A program made the position numbers and the translations under genes. A stretch of 64,000 bases of DNA from Elusimicrobiota bacterium (GTDB taxonomy: Bacteria > Elusimicrobiota > Elusimicrobia > UBA1565): NCBI GenBank assembly GCA_041650695.1, contig JBAZKS010000013.1, forward strand, positions 8,600 to 72,599. The letters are read 5' to 3'. Every line of letters begins with the position of its first letter. Position 1 is the first letter of the stretch. This document shows, in pieces, positions 37,774-46,608 of this stretch. The notes under the pieces were generated by a model. It did no database searches, was not told the DNA's origin, and saw only the letters and a program-made list of their open reading frames with translations.

Positions 37774-38604
37774 TTACACGACGAACTTCTTCGGGTCCCG
37801 CAAAAACCCCTCTGCGTCGGCGCGCCCCAGCTCCATGGCCGGGGCGAGGAGCTTCGAGCCGAAAGAGAGCATCCCGAACTCGAGCCGCTGGGAAGGCCAG
37901 ACCCGGAACACGCGCGGACCGTTCGGGAGCGAGACCAGGGAGCGCACCCCGTTGTCCATCAGGCTGCGCACGGCCCGGCGGCAGAGCGTCTCCAGCCGCC
38001 AGCCCGGGCGCCACCAGCCGGGCAGAGGCCCCGTCTCATCCGGCCGCACCATCTCCAGGACCAGCACTTCCCGGCAGTCCGCCAGCGCCCGGAAGTCGAC
38101 CGGCCGCTTCCCCGGCACCCCGCCGTCCACGTACGCGATCCCCTCCAGGACCACGGGAGGGAATACGAACGGGATGGCGCAGCTCGCCATGAGGCGCTCC
38201 CCAAGCGGACCGTCCCAAGCCCCGTCGGGAGAGAAGCGCGCGTAGTGCGGGGCCGTGCGGCCGAGGTCCATGCTCACCACGATGAGCTCCCGGAGCATCC
38301 GCGGCGCGGGCATGAAGGCGCTCAGCAGGCCGCGCATCGGCTCCGGGCTGCACAGGCTCAGCGGCGGGAACCGGATGGAGGGGCTGAACAGGCGCTGCCG
38401 GCCGACGCGGGCCCACATGTCCATGAGCCGCTCGAGCCTGCCCAGGCAGTAGGCGGCGCCGTTGAGACTGCCGGCGGAGAATCCGAGGACGCGGGAGAAC
38501 TCCATACCGCCGGCGACGACGCGCTCGAGAAAAGCCGCCTGCCAGGCGGCGAGGGCTCCGCCTCCGGAGAGGGCCAGACCTAGTTTTTCTTCTCGCTCAG
38601 GCAC
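37774..38604 (-). CDS. Patatin-like phospholipase
   Basis: GLALSGGGALAAWQ (oxyanion GGGxR/K-like) and GFSAGSLNGA (GxSxG nucleophile). A GTG start at 38604 would overlap the upstream GT4 stop by 25 nt. The 367-aa track ORF is an N-terminal over-extension. Confidence 0.75.
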   Translation of the reverse strand: MPEREEKLGLALSGGGALAAWQAAFLERVVAGGMEFSRVLGFSAGSLNGAAYCLGRLERLMDMWARVGRQRLFSPSIRFPPLSLCSPEPMRGLLSAFMPAPRMLRELIVVSMDLGRTAPHYARFSPDGAWDGPLGERLMASCAIPFVFPPVVLEGIAYVDGGVPGKRPVDFRALADCREVLVLEMVRPDETGPLPGWWRPGWRLETLCRRAVRSLMDNGVRSLVSLPNGPRVFRVWPSQRLEFGMLSFGSKLLAPAMELGRADAEGFLRDPKKFVV

Positions 38605-39731
38605 TCTTCGTAGAGCCTCTCCTGCTGGCGGACCATCTCGTCGATATCGAACTCCATGCCGATGGAGGCGCGCGCCTTCTCGCCGAGCGAGCGCCGCAGC
38701 CCCGGGTCGAGCAGGAGCCGCTCCACCGCGGACGCGAGGCGTCCCGTGTCGCGGACCGGCGCCGTGAGTCCCGTGACGCCGTCCACGAGGACATCCTCGA
38801 TCCCATCCACCGGGTAGGCCGCGCAGGGGAGGCCCGACTTCATGGCCTCGACCAGGGCGCGCGGCAGGCCCTCCCACAGCGAGGTCAGGAGGAAGACGTC
38901 CGCCGCGGCCAACAGCTCGCCGACGTCGCGGCGCCAGCCGCAGAACTTCAGGCGCCCGACAAGCCCCTGCTCCGCGGCCGCGGCCTCCAGGGGCCCGCGC
39001 ATGGGTCCGTCTCCGACGTAGGCGAAGCAGGCTTGGGGCACCCGGCGGGCGACCGCCGAGGCCACGGCCAGGAAATCCCCCGCGTTCTTCTGCAGCTTGA
39101 GGTTCCCCACCCCCAGGACCAGGAGGCAGTCCCGGGGCAAGCCGAGCTCCGAGCGCTTGGCTCCGCGGTCCGCCTTGGCCGGGAACCTCGAGAGCGAGAC
39201 CCCGCTCCGGATGAGCCGGTACTGCGGCTCACGCCCGATGCCGAGCCGAGCCGCGAGACGCATGTTCGCCTTGGAGACGAATACGAGGCGCGTGCAGACC
39301 CCTGCCGCCAAACGCTCAAGAGCCACGAGGGCTCCCTTCAAAGGCTGTCCCTCGTGGAAGCCGAACCCGTGGAAGGTGTGGATGATGACGGGGACCCCGG
39401 CCAGCCAGGCCGCGAGGCGGCCCAGGATGCCCGCCTTCGAGGAATGGGTGTGCACCACCTCGGGGGACTCCTCGCGCAGACGGGAGTAGAGTTCGAAGAA
39501 AGCGCGCAGGTCCTGGGACGGGCTGATCTCGCGCACCAGGTCCTCGATCCAGAAAGCCTTCACCCCCAGCCCGGACGCGTCCCGGTCCAGGAACCCGCCC
39601 GAGCCGCAGAAAAGCGACGGGGCGAAGCGGGCGGGGTCCAGATGGGAGACGGTGTGGAGGGTGTTCTGCTGCGCCCCGCCCAGGTCCAGGCGGGTGACCA
39701 CATGGGCCACCGGGACGGGGCGCCGGCTCAC
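38580..39731 (-). CDS. GT4-family glycosyltransferase
   Basis: GT-B fold with the EGLPRALVEAMKSGLPCAA (E-x7-E) motif. Confidence 0.85.
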   Translation of the reverse strand: MSRRPVPVAHVVTRLDLGGAQQNTLHTVSHLDPARFAPSLFCGSGGFLDRDASGLGVKAFWIEDLVREISPSQDLRAFFELYSRLREESPEVVHTHSSKAGILGRLAAWLAGVPVIIHTFHGFGFHEGQPLKGALVALERLAAGVCTRLVFVSKANMRLAARLGIGREPQYRLIRSGVSLSRFPAKADRGAKRSELGLPRDCLLVLGVGNLKLQKNAGDFLAVASAVARRVPQACFAYVGDGPMRGPLEAAAAEQGLVGRLKFCGWRRDVGELLAAADVFLLTSLWEGLPRALVEAMKSGLPCAAYPVDGIEDVLVDGVTGLTAPVRDTGRLASAVERLLLDPGLRRSLGEKARASIGMEFDIDEMVRQQERLYEECLSEKKN

Positions 39732-41923
39732 GGCCTGATCCTGCGCCGCTTGCGGGGAGGCCGGTGCTGGACGGGTCCACCCGTGGACACGGCCGGGGCA
39801 GGCGTCAGGACGCGCGGCAGGATCTTGGGCTTGGGAGGGACTCCCAGGAGCCTTGCCCCCGGGAAATAGGTCGAAAGGATCTCGGTGAAATCACGGCCGA
39901 GCTGGGCCTGGCCCAGGGCGCCGGTGACGCACAAGCCGCGGCCGTGTCCCGTCCCGCCTCCCCATACGAGGAGCGAACGCAGCCGGCTCCCCTCGTAGAC
40001 GGGCTGGAGCGTGAAGAAGCCCGACCGCAGGCTGCCGGCCGAAAGGAAGGCCTCGATGGCCTCGAACCCGGAGAGGACCGCCTTGCCCCGCTTGCCGCGG
40101 ACCTCCAGCTCCGACACGCGGCCGGAGGCGTCGCGCGCCGTGGCCCGCACGTGCCGGATGGGGCCGATGGACGGCTGGGAGCGCTCGAGCCTCTCGCGCA
40201 GGCCCTCGGCGTCGAGGATGCGCAGCCAGCGGGTCCAGGCCGGGTCCGCTAGGGCCGTGGCCTCGCTGTACTGGGTCTTATCCGGATATCCGTGGACCAG
40301 CCTCTCGAGCGAGTACGGGGAATGGAGCGCCAAGGACGGCGCGGGCTGGTCCTGGATCCCGGAGGCCGTGGCCCAGCCGCAAGCCCGGTGGTATTCCAGG
40401 GTCTGGCCCTGCGCCAGGACCATGCCCACCCCGCGCGTCGCGCGCACCGCCCGCGTGGCGTCGCGCCGCTCGCTCGAGAGCCCGCGATAGCGGGCGCAAT
40501 GCGGCGAGTCGCACACGTGGGTCTTCTCCGGGTTCGCCGGCGGCCGCTCGAGGACCCCCAGCATGCGGGCCCGCGTCAGGACGGCCATGGCCTTGTAAGC
40601 CTCCTCCGGCGATCCCTCCGGGAGCGGGCCGGTGACGACGGAGAAGAGGTACATGTCCAGAGGGACCTCGTTGACGATATGGAAGCCCCAGGGGGTGGGG
40701 ATCACGTCCACGGCGCCGCGCAGCTCGTGGTCGGAGATATCCACGCCGCGGATGTCCGTGACCTCCGGGCTCTTGATGAGGACGGTCTGCCCGGGTTCCG
40801 ACGGCTCCAGCCGGAACGGCTGGCGCGTGGTGTAGAGGATGTTCCCGACCGCGTCGCGGATCTCGATGACGCGGTTGTCCGGGCGGTAGCGGACCTCCCA
40901 CTGGGTATAGGCCCCGGCCCGCCGCATCTCCTCGTTCAAGCGCAGGTCCCACAGGAGCGTGGCCGTGCTCCCCATCACGTAGAAGCGCGTCAGATGCCGG
41001 GGGAGTCCGTCCGGCCCGCTGAACATGGCCACCCGGACCGGAGGGGACTGGGCGTCGCGGTCATCCTCCTCTCCGGAAAGGCGCATGATGGGCCGGGCGA
41101 GCCGGAGCACGGGCATGGAGTCCGTGGGGCGGCCCTCCAGATAGCGCTCGATCTTGGCCTTTCGGCCGGCCGCTCCCCGGTCGAGCGGGTCCATGTCGAG
41201 CACGAGCTTGTAGGCCTGCCAGGCCGCTTTCCCCTGCCCCATCCGTTCGTAGGTCCGGCCGAGAGTGAACGCCAGGTCGGGCTGCATCGAGTCCTGTCCG
41301 AGAGACATGGTGAACAGCGGCACCGCCTCCCCCAGCCGGCGCTGGCGCAGCTTGATGCGGCCCAACTCCTCCGCCGCCGCCGGCATGAGATGGGGGTTGA
41401 GGCCCATGGCCTCCTGCAAGGGCGCGGCGGCCGCCTTCACGTTCCCGTCCTGGGCCTCGGCCATGCCCAATCCCAGACGCGCCTCGGCCCCGAACACGCT
41501 GCCGGACGACACCCGCACCGCCTCGCGGAAGCAATCCCGGCTCTCACGCAGGAGCCCGATGGCGAGGTAGTTCCATCCCCTCTGGCACCACAAGAAAGGG
41601 TCCTGGGGGCCGAGCTGGGTGGCCTTGAGCCAATGGGCCGCCGCGTCCTGGGGCCGCCCCATGTCCCGCAGCAGGAGCGCTATGTCCGCTTCGGGATCGG
41701 GGTCCGGGGAGCCCAGGGTCACGATGTACTCGTAGGCCTTCATCGCCGCCTCCAGGCGGCCGCCGAGGAAGTCCGTGAAGGCGTCCTTGGCCGCGTCATC
41801 GACCTCCGAGGCCGCGGCCAAGGGGACGCGGTCCCCGAAGGGCAGCAGTCCTCCGCTCCCGAAGGAGGCGGCGACGAACACGGCGGCCAGGACGGCGCAG
41901 GCGAGGATGGCGCGTCTTTTCAT
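39728..41923 (-). CDS. TPR-repeat + SpoIID/LytB-domain protein, secreted
   Basis: Signal peptide, N-terminal TPR-like helices, and a C-terminal SpoIID/LytB-like region (AMAVLTRARML...HVCDSPHCARYRG). Confidence 0.8.
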   Translation of the reverse strand: MKRRAILACAVLAAVFVAASFGSGGLLPFGDRVPLAAASEVDDAAKDAFTDFLGGRLEAAMKAYEYIVTLGSPDPDPEADIALLLRDMGRPQDAAAHWLKATQLGPQDPFLWCQRGWNYLAIGLLRESRDCFREAVRVSSGSVFGAEARLGLGMAEAQDGNVKAAAAPLQEAMGLNPHLMPAAAEELGRIKLRQRRLGEAVPLFTMSLGQDSMQPDLAFTLGRTYERMGQGKAAWQAYKLVLDMDPLDRGAAGRKAKIERYLEGRPTDSMPVLRLARPIMRLSGEEDDRDAQSPPVRVAMFSGPDGLPRHLTRFYVMGSTATLLWDLRLNEEMRRAGAYTQWEVRYRPDNRVIEIRDAVGNILYTTRQPFRLEPSEPGQTVLIKSPEVTDIRGVDISDHELRGAVDVIPTPWGFHIVNEVPLDMYLFSVVTGPLPEGSPEEAYKAMAVLTRARMLGVLERPPANPEKTHVCDSPHCARYRGLSSERRDATRAVRATRGVGMVLAQGQTLEYHRACGWATASGIQDQPAPSLALHSPYSLERLVHGYPDKTQYSEATALADPAWTRWLRILDAEGLRERLERSQPSIGPIRHVRATARDASGRVSELEVRGKRGKAVLSGFEAIEAFLSAGSLRSGFFTLQPVYEGSRLRSLLVWGGGTGHGRGLCVTGALGQAQLGRDFTEILSTYFPGARLLGVPPKPKILPRVLTPAPAVSTGGPVQHRPPRKRRRIRP

Positions 41924-42387
41924 GGGGAGGAGCGCAGGAGGCGGGCCTTCTTCTGAGGCCTCCCGCGGGGCTGGGGGAAGTAGTCGTCGGCGCCCTCGTC
42001 ACCCGATGCGAGGCGGACAGACTCGGATTTGCGAGGCACGCGCAGGCGGATGCTCCTTAGATGCAGGCCCGCGTTGAAATAGTCCTTGGCCCCGAGCAGG
42101 CGCTCCACGCGCGGCATCTTCGCGCGCAGGGCCCTGACGTCGAACCCATGCGCCTCGGCCTCGGCCAGCATGCCGAGCACCTCCTGGTATTCCTCGACGG
42201 CCCGCCGGCGCTTGCGCCGCTCGATGTCCTCCTCCATCGAGGCCGCCAGGGGGTCGTCCGCCCTCTGGAGGGCGGGGTAGCGGCGGCGCTCGAGGGAATC
42301 GCGCGCCAAGCCGTGATAATTATCGTAGACCCAGGCGGCTCCCGCCAGGACGAGTACCGCGGCTGCGACAGCGAAGATGCGCTTCAT
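41920..42387 (-). CDS. Hypothetical exported/membrane-anchored protein (155 aa)
   Basis: N-terminal hydrophobic segment MKRIFAVAAAVLVLAGAAWV; its stop overlaps the start of the SpoIID-like gene. Confidence 0.5.
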   Translation of the reverse strand: MKRIFAVAAAVLVLAGAAWVYDNYHGLARDSLERRRYPALQRADDPLAASMEEDIERRKRRRAVEEYQEVLGMLAEAEAHGFDVRALRAKMPRVERLLGAKDYFNAGLHLRSIRLRVPRKSESVRLASGDEGADDYFPQPRGRPQKKARLLRSSP

Positions 42388-42432
42388 CGGGGCCCGATGC
42401 CGGCGTGATTATAGAAATTCGACGCCGGGCTG

Positions 42433-44487
42433 TCAGCGCGCCGGCATCCCGGGCAGGAGGAGTTCATCGAGCGTCAACTCCTCCTTGGACTTCTTGGCCT
42501 TCCCCTTGCTCCGAGGCGGAGGCGCCGCTTCCGGCTCCGCGGCCTCGGGCTCGGACAAGCTCTGCGGCTCCTCCGTGGGGGAGGGCTCGTTCAGCAGGTC
42601 CCCGAGGGGGTCGGAGAGCAGGTCCTGGCTCTTGGCCGGCTTCGCGGCGGCGGGACGCGGACGCGGCCTGCGCTTCTTGCCGGAGCCCGGTGTGGGCGCA
42701 GGCGCCGAGGTCGCCGCAGGCTTCTCTCCGTTGAGGACAGCCTGGCTCACCGCGTTCGTCCCCCGGATGATGCCGGCGTCGAGCTGCACATCGAAGACGT
42801 ATTCCTCCTTCGGCCCTCCGGGTCCGACGGAGTAGAACTTCACCTCATAACGGTCCCCGCCGGAGGGGCTGACGGTCCAGGGAGAGACGCCGGGCTGGGG
42901 GTCGGGCCCCTCGAGCGTCGAAGCCAGGGTCTTGCCCGTGCGCGGGATGAGGTAGTTCTTGGCCGACTCCACGGCCTCCTGCGCCCGGTCCGGCAGACCT
43001 TTCACCGGGTCGACCGGAGGCTTGACCTCCCCGGTCTCCACAGGCTCGGCCGCCGGGGCCTTCTTCTTGGCCAGCATCGGGGAAAGGCCGGGGACGTTGA
43101 CGATCCCCTGCCACACCGCGAAGAAGCCGGCCCCGAGCGCCCCAAGCACGAGCAGGACGATGATCATGCCCTTCTTGCTCTTGCCCTTGGCCTTGACCTC
43201 CGCCTTCTGCGGCTTGGCGGGGGAAGAAGCGGCGCCCGTCAAGTCGACGAGCCCATCGGGAGGGTTGGTGGTCCCGGGAGCGGGCGCGGGGGTCGGCATC
43301 CCAAGATCGGCCAGACCGGGAGCCGGCTCGTTGAACAGAGAACTCGGGGCGTCGAGCGGGGCCGGAGCGGGAGTGCTGGGCGGAGCGGCCAAAAGGTCGA
43401 GCCCGTCCCCCTGAGCGGTCTGCGGGATGGCGTCCAGATTCAGGGGAGCAGCCTCCGCCAAGGGAGGCGCTTCCGACATCGGAGGCATAGCGTCGATAGG
43501 CGGGGCGTCGACCGGGGGCGGGGCCATGGCCGGCAGGCCGAGATCCGCGGGAGGCTCAGCCGCCGGGGGAGGAGCGTCGAACGGGGACGGCATGGGGGCC
43601 GGAGCCGCCTGCAGTTCGGCGGACGCCGGAGCGTCGAGAGAGGGGGGCGCGAACGCGGACTGCTCCATGGGCGGCAGGGGGAACCCGGCGGCCGGTTCCG
43701 GAGGGGAGTCGAGCGCGGAGGAGCCGATGGCCGGCAGGGGCGCCGGAGCCGCGGCGGCCGGCGGCGCGGGTTGGAGCTTGTCGGAGACCTTGCCGATCTC
43801 GGAGCCGATCTCCTCGCGCAGGTTCTTCTCGCCGAGCTGGATCTCCTCGGCGAGCTTCTTCTCCTTGGCCTCGAGCTCGGCTTCGATCTCGGACTTGAGC
43901 TGGCCCTGCCCGGCCTCCAGCTTGTGGATGGACTGCTCGAGGGCGCCGCCGAACGTCTCGACCTTCCCTCCGAGCTCCTGGAGGGACAGGGTCTGACGGG
44001 ACGCCTCGCTCTTGAGGGCGGCCACTTCGTCGCTCAGGGGCTTGAACTCGGCCATCTGGGCCTCGAGCGCCGTCAGCTTGTCCCGCAGGAGCGCCGCTTC
44101 CTGGCCCTTGACGTCCACGGTGGTCCTCAGCGTCGATATCTCCTCGTCGCGCTGACGCAGGTCCTCGTGGAGCTGCGAGATGGAGTTCTCCAAAAGCTCG
44201 ACCTTCTCCTGCAGCGTGCCGAGGACGGCGAGGTCCCGCAGGGTGGGTTCGGGAGGGAGCAGGCTCGAGCCGGGGTCCGGCGAGCCGCCGGCCGGGACGC
44301 GCGCCATCTTCAGCAGGGTCTCGGCGAGCTCCGCCACCACCCCCGCGCGCTGCCAGTCCCCCATCTGGGTCCCGCGCCTCCCCTCCGGGCATACGAGAGA
44401 CTCGGCCGAGAAGGAGGCGACGTTCGTCAGCTCCTCACGGCCGTAGGGACCCATCACCTGGTTGTTTTGGAATACCCAATATCTCAT
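42433..44487 (-). CDS. GYF/DUF4339-domain, coiled-coil, Pro/Ala-rich single-pass membrane protein
   Basis: Start MRYWVFQNNQVMGPYGREEL (DUF4339-like), followed by a coiled coil, a ~200-aa Pro/Ala-rich disordered segment, the TM helix GMIIVLLVLGALGAGFFAVW, and a C-terminal periplasmic domain. The 5' 402 nt of the track ORF (to 44889) is spurious. Confidence 0.7.
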   Translation of the reverse strand: MRYWVFQNNQVMGPYGREELTNVASFSAESLVCPEGRRGTQMGDWQRAGVVAELAETLLKMARVPAGGSPDPGSSLLPPEPTLRDLAVLGTLQEKVELLENSISQLHEDLRQRDEEISTLRTTVDVKGQEAALLRDKLTALEAQMAEFKPLSDEVAALKSEASRQTLSLQELGGKVETFGGALEQSIHKLEAGQGQLKSEIEAELEAKEKKLAEEIQLGEKNLREEIGSEIGKVSDKLQPAPPAAAAPAPLPAIGSSALDSPPEPAAGFPLPPMEQSAFAPPSLDAPASAELQAAPAPMPSPFDAPPPAAEPPADLGLPAMAPPPVDAPPIDAMPPMSEAPPLAEAAPLNLDAIPQTAQGDGLDLLAAPPSTPAPAPLDAPSSLFNEPAPGLADLGMPTPAPAPGTTNPPDGLVDLTGAASSPAKPQKAEVKAKGKSKKGMIIVLLVLGALGAGFFAVWQGIVNVPGLSPMLAKKKAPAAEPVETGEVKPPVDPVKGLPDRAQEAVESAKNYLIPRTGKTLASTLEGPDPQPGVSPWTVSPSGGDRYEVKFYSVGPGGPKEEYVFDVQLDAGIIRGTNAVSQAVLNGEKPAATSAPAPTPGSGKKRRPRPRPAAAKPAKSQDLLSDPLGDLLNEPSPTEEPQSLSEPEAAEPEAAPPPRSKGKAKKSKEELTLDELLLPGMPAR

Positions 44488-44654
44488 GGCCCAAAACCCC
44501 GTTGTACATCGTCCGCTCCCCGCGCGGCGGGGATGCAGCTCGGCGCAATCCAGTATAACACCGGCCCGGGTCGAATTCAATGACGGATTTGTTAAAAGAA
44601 GCTGAAGGGAATCCGAAGAATTTGCTATCATTGCTGCCGCCGTTGGAACCGGTC

Positions 44655-44727
44655 GGGCCATTAGCTCAATGGTAGAGCAGGCGCCTCTTAAGCGCAAGGT
44701 TATAGGTTCGAGTCCTATATGGCCCAC
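44655..44727 (+). tRNA. tRNA-Lys (anticodon CTT)
   Basis: GGGCCATTAGCTCAATGGTAGAGCAGGCGCCTCTTAAGCGCAAGGTTATAGGTTCGAGTCCTATATGGCCCA folds as a cloverleaf with U33 and a CTT anticodon. Confidence 0.85.
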
Positions 44728-44854
44728 ACTCCTCCTCTTCGCAGCCTGGGCCCAAGCCGCGGGACCCGTCGAGATCCCCCCCGGCACCGCGGCCCGCGTG
44801 GAGCTGACCCTGGTGAAGCCCTCGGGCCGCCTGTCCGGACGCGCTCGGCTGGAG

Positions 44855-45220
44855 ATGACCCTGCGCTCTCTGAGCGTGGACGGCTCCACGCTCCCGGTGC
44901 AGACCGATTCCCTCTCCTACATGGGCGATAAGCGCTCCGGCAAGAACTTCGGATCCTGGCTCGGCGGCGCCCTGCAGGGAGCGCTCTATGGAGTCCTCTT
45001 CGGCGGGAAGGGCGGAGCCGTCATCGGAGCGGGCGCGGGAGCCGGAGCCGGGGCGGCGTCCGGCCTGTTCAAGGGCAAGCAGGACCTCGATTTCCCGCAA
45101 GGCGCTAAGCTCATGTTCGAAAGCACGGCTCCGGTGTCCGTCCCGGCCGGCTTGGCTCCGCCCAAGGAGGAGCCCAAGCCCGAGGAGAAGAAGCCGGAGC
45201 CGGGAAAGCCTACGACTTGA
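44855..45220 (+). CDS. Glycine-zipper (GxxxG-repeat) hypothetical protein with a Lys/Pro/Glu-rich tail
   Basis: The open frame runs from inside tRNA-Lys (44669) to 45220. The first clean ATG is at 44855 (MTLRSLSVDG...). The GVLFGGKGGAVIGAGAGAGAGAASG motif is glycine-zipper-like. The start is uncertain, with GTG alternatives at 44798 and 44813. Confidence 0.4.
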   Translation: MTLRSLSVDGSTLPVQTDSLSYMGDKRSGKNFGSWLGGALQGALYGVLFGGKGGAVIGAGAGAGAGAASGLFKGKQDLDFPQGAKLMFESTAPVSVPAGLAPPKEEPKPEEKKPEPGKPTT

Positions 45221-45319
45221 AGTCCCACTTGCACCGGCGCAAGTGGAGTGCAGTCGGGCGAATCGACGACTCGAATAAAGGACGAGCCCTCAACCCCTTC
45301 GGGGGTTCGGGCTGGCATA

Positions 45320-45400
45320 GGGCGGGTGGCGGAACGGCAGACGCGCACGGCTTAGGACCGTGTGCCGAAAGGCTTGGGGGTTCGAGTCCCCCCCCGCCCA
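45320..45400 (+). tRNA. tRNA-Leu (anticodon TAG), type II with long variable arm
   Basis: GGGCGGGTGGCGGAACGGCAGACGCGCACGGCTTAGGACCGTGTGCCGAAAGGCTTGGGGGTTCGAGTCCCCCCCCGCCCA; the acceptor stem GGGCGGG/CCCGCCC pairs perfectly. Confidence 0.85.
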
Positions 45401-45401
45401 T

Positions 45402-45435
45402 GCAGTCCAGCCCTCCGAAAGGAGGGCTGGACTGC
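45402..45435 (+). terminator. Strong stem-loop (15-bp perfect stem, GAAA tetraloop) immediately after tRNA-Leu
   Basis: gcagtccagccctcc-gaaa-ggagggctggactgc. No clear T-run follows, so it may be a processing or termination structure. Confidence 0.45.
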
Positions 45436-45469
45436 TTCCGGTCGACTCTCGAGCCAATAGAGCCGACGA

Positions 45470-45489
45470 CAGCCGCATCAACTGTGGCC
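45470..45489. promoter_or_regulatory. Palindrome AACTGTGG-ccgc-CCACAGTT (motif copy b)
   Basis: 8-bp perfect arms, 74 bp upstream of the metallophosphoesterase start. Same motif as at 18608 and 57124. Confidence 0.5.
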
Positions 45490-45562
45490 GCCCACAGTTG
45501 CGAAGACAAATGTTGTATCCTCCAAGGACGATGACGAGCCGGCTCGCCTCGCTCGCCCTTTC

Positions 45563-46519
45563 ATGAGACCCTCCCACATCCCGGACCGGATCGCGCTGGG
45601 ACACTTCAAGACGCGGGAGTTCGCCGCGCTCTTCGCCTTCACGGGGGCCGTGCTCCTCGTGTTCGCGCTCTCCGCCGGTCTGCTCGCCGGGCTCCCGGCC
45701 CTTTCCGGCCTCCCGCCGGCCGCGCGCGCCGCGATCCACGCGCTGTCGCTCGCGGGCCTGGCCTGCATGGCCTACGGGATGCTCATCGAGCCCTGGAGCG
45801 TCCGCATCACCCGGCTCACGCTCAAAAGCCCGAAGCTCGCCGCCTCGGTGAGGGTCGCGCACGTGAGCGACGTGCATCTGCGCCGCTGGAGCCGCGTCGA
45901 GGACAGCCTGCTGGGCGCGCTCAGGTCCGTCCAGCCCGACCTCATCCTCGTCACCGGGGACTTCGGCTCCTACCCCACGGAAACGGAGGACGCGCGGCGC
46001 CTCGTCCGCGAGATGGTCTCGATCGCGCCCACCTACTGTTCGCGCGGCAATCACGAATACCGCCGCTTCTGCCCCATGGAACGCCTCCAGGGCCTGGGCG
46101 CGGTCTGGCTCACGGGAGCCAAGGCCTCGGTCACGATACGAGGCGCGCGGCTCGAGCTCGTGGGCGTGGACGCCGGGGATGAGAAGGCCGTCGCGGCCCT
46201 GGGGCAAGGGCTCGACCCCGGAGCCTACTCCATCTGTCTATACCACTTCCCGGACCTCGTCCCGGAACTCGGCCGCCTGCCGTACGACCTCATGCTCTGC
46301 GGCCACTCCCACGGCGGGCAGGTGCGCCTGCCCTGGATCGGGGCCATCATCAGCATGTCCCGCGCGGGCAGGCGCTACACGCAGGGGCTATTCAGAGAGG
46401 GAAAGGCCGCGGCGTACATCAACCGGGGAGTCGGCTCCGAAGCCTACGGCCTGCCGAGGATACGCTTCTGCTGTCCGCCCGAGTTGGCCTGCATCACCCT
46501 GGAACCCGGGCCGCGGTAG
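45563..46519 (+). CDS. Membrane-anchored metallophosphoesterase (calcineurin-like)
   Basis: Two N-terminal TM helices, then HVSDVHL...GDFG...GNHE...GHSHGG phosphoesterase motifs. Confidence 0.85.
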   Translation: MRPSHIPDRIALGHFKTREFAALFAFTGAVLLVFALSAGLLAGLPALSGLPPAARAAIHALSLAGLACMAYGMLIEPWSVRITRLTLKSPKLAASVRVAHVSDVHLRRWSRVEDSLLGALRSVQPDLILVTGDFGSYPTETEDARRLVREMVSIAPTYCSRGNHEYRRFCPMERLQGLGAVWLTGAKASVTIRGARLELVGVDAGDEKAVAALGQGLDPGAYSICLYHFPDLVPELGRLPYDLMLCGHSHGGQVRLPWIGAIISMSRAGRRYTQGLFREGKAAAYINRGVGSEAYGLPRIRFCCPPELACITLEPGPR

Positions 46520-46608
46520 CGGCCTGCTCCCGTACCGCGGCGGCGGTACGGCACCGTGTCCCTCTGGAAGACGTTGGACACGTGTGCCGAGCGGATATTG
46601 GAGATGCT

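Noticed and set aside
37774-38877. Full 367-aa track ORF as the patatin-like protein
   Set aside because: The first ~90 codons overlap the upstream GT4 gene and are Arg/Gly-rich. The conserved patatin N-terminus (GLALSGGG) begins near the GTG at 38604.
44669-44854. ATG at 44669 inside tRNA-Lys as the start of the downstream CDS
   Set aside because: A protein start inside a tRNA D-loop is implausible even though the resulting N-terminus looks like a signal peptide. It is recorded as a curiosity in the findings instead.
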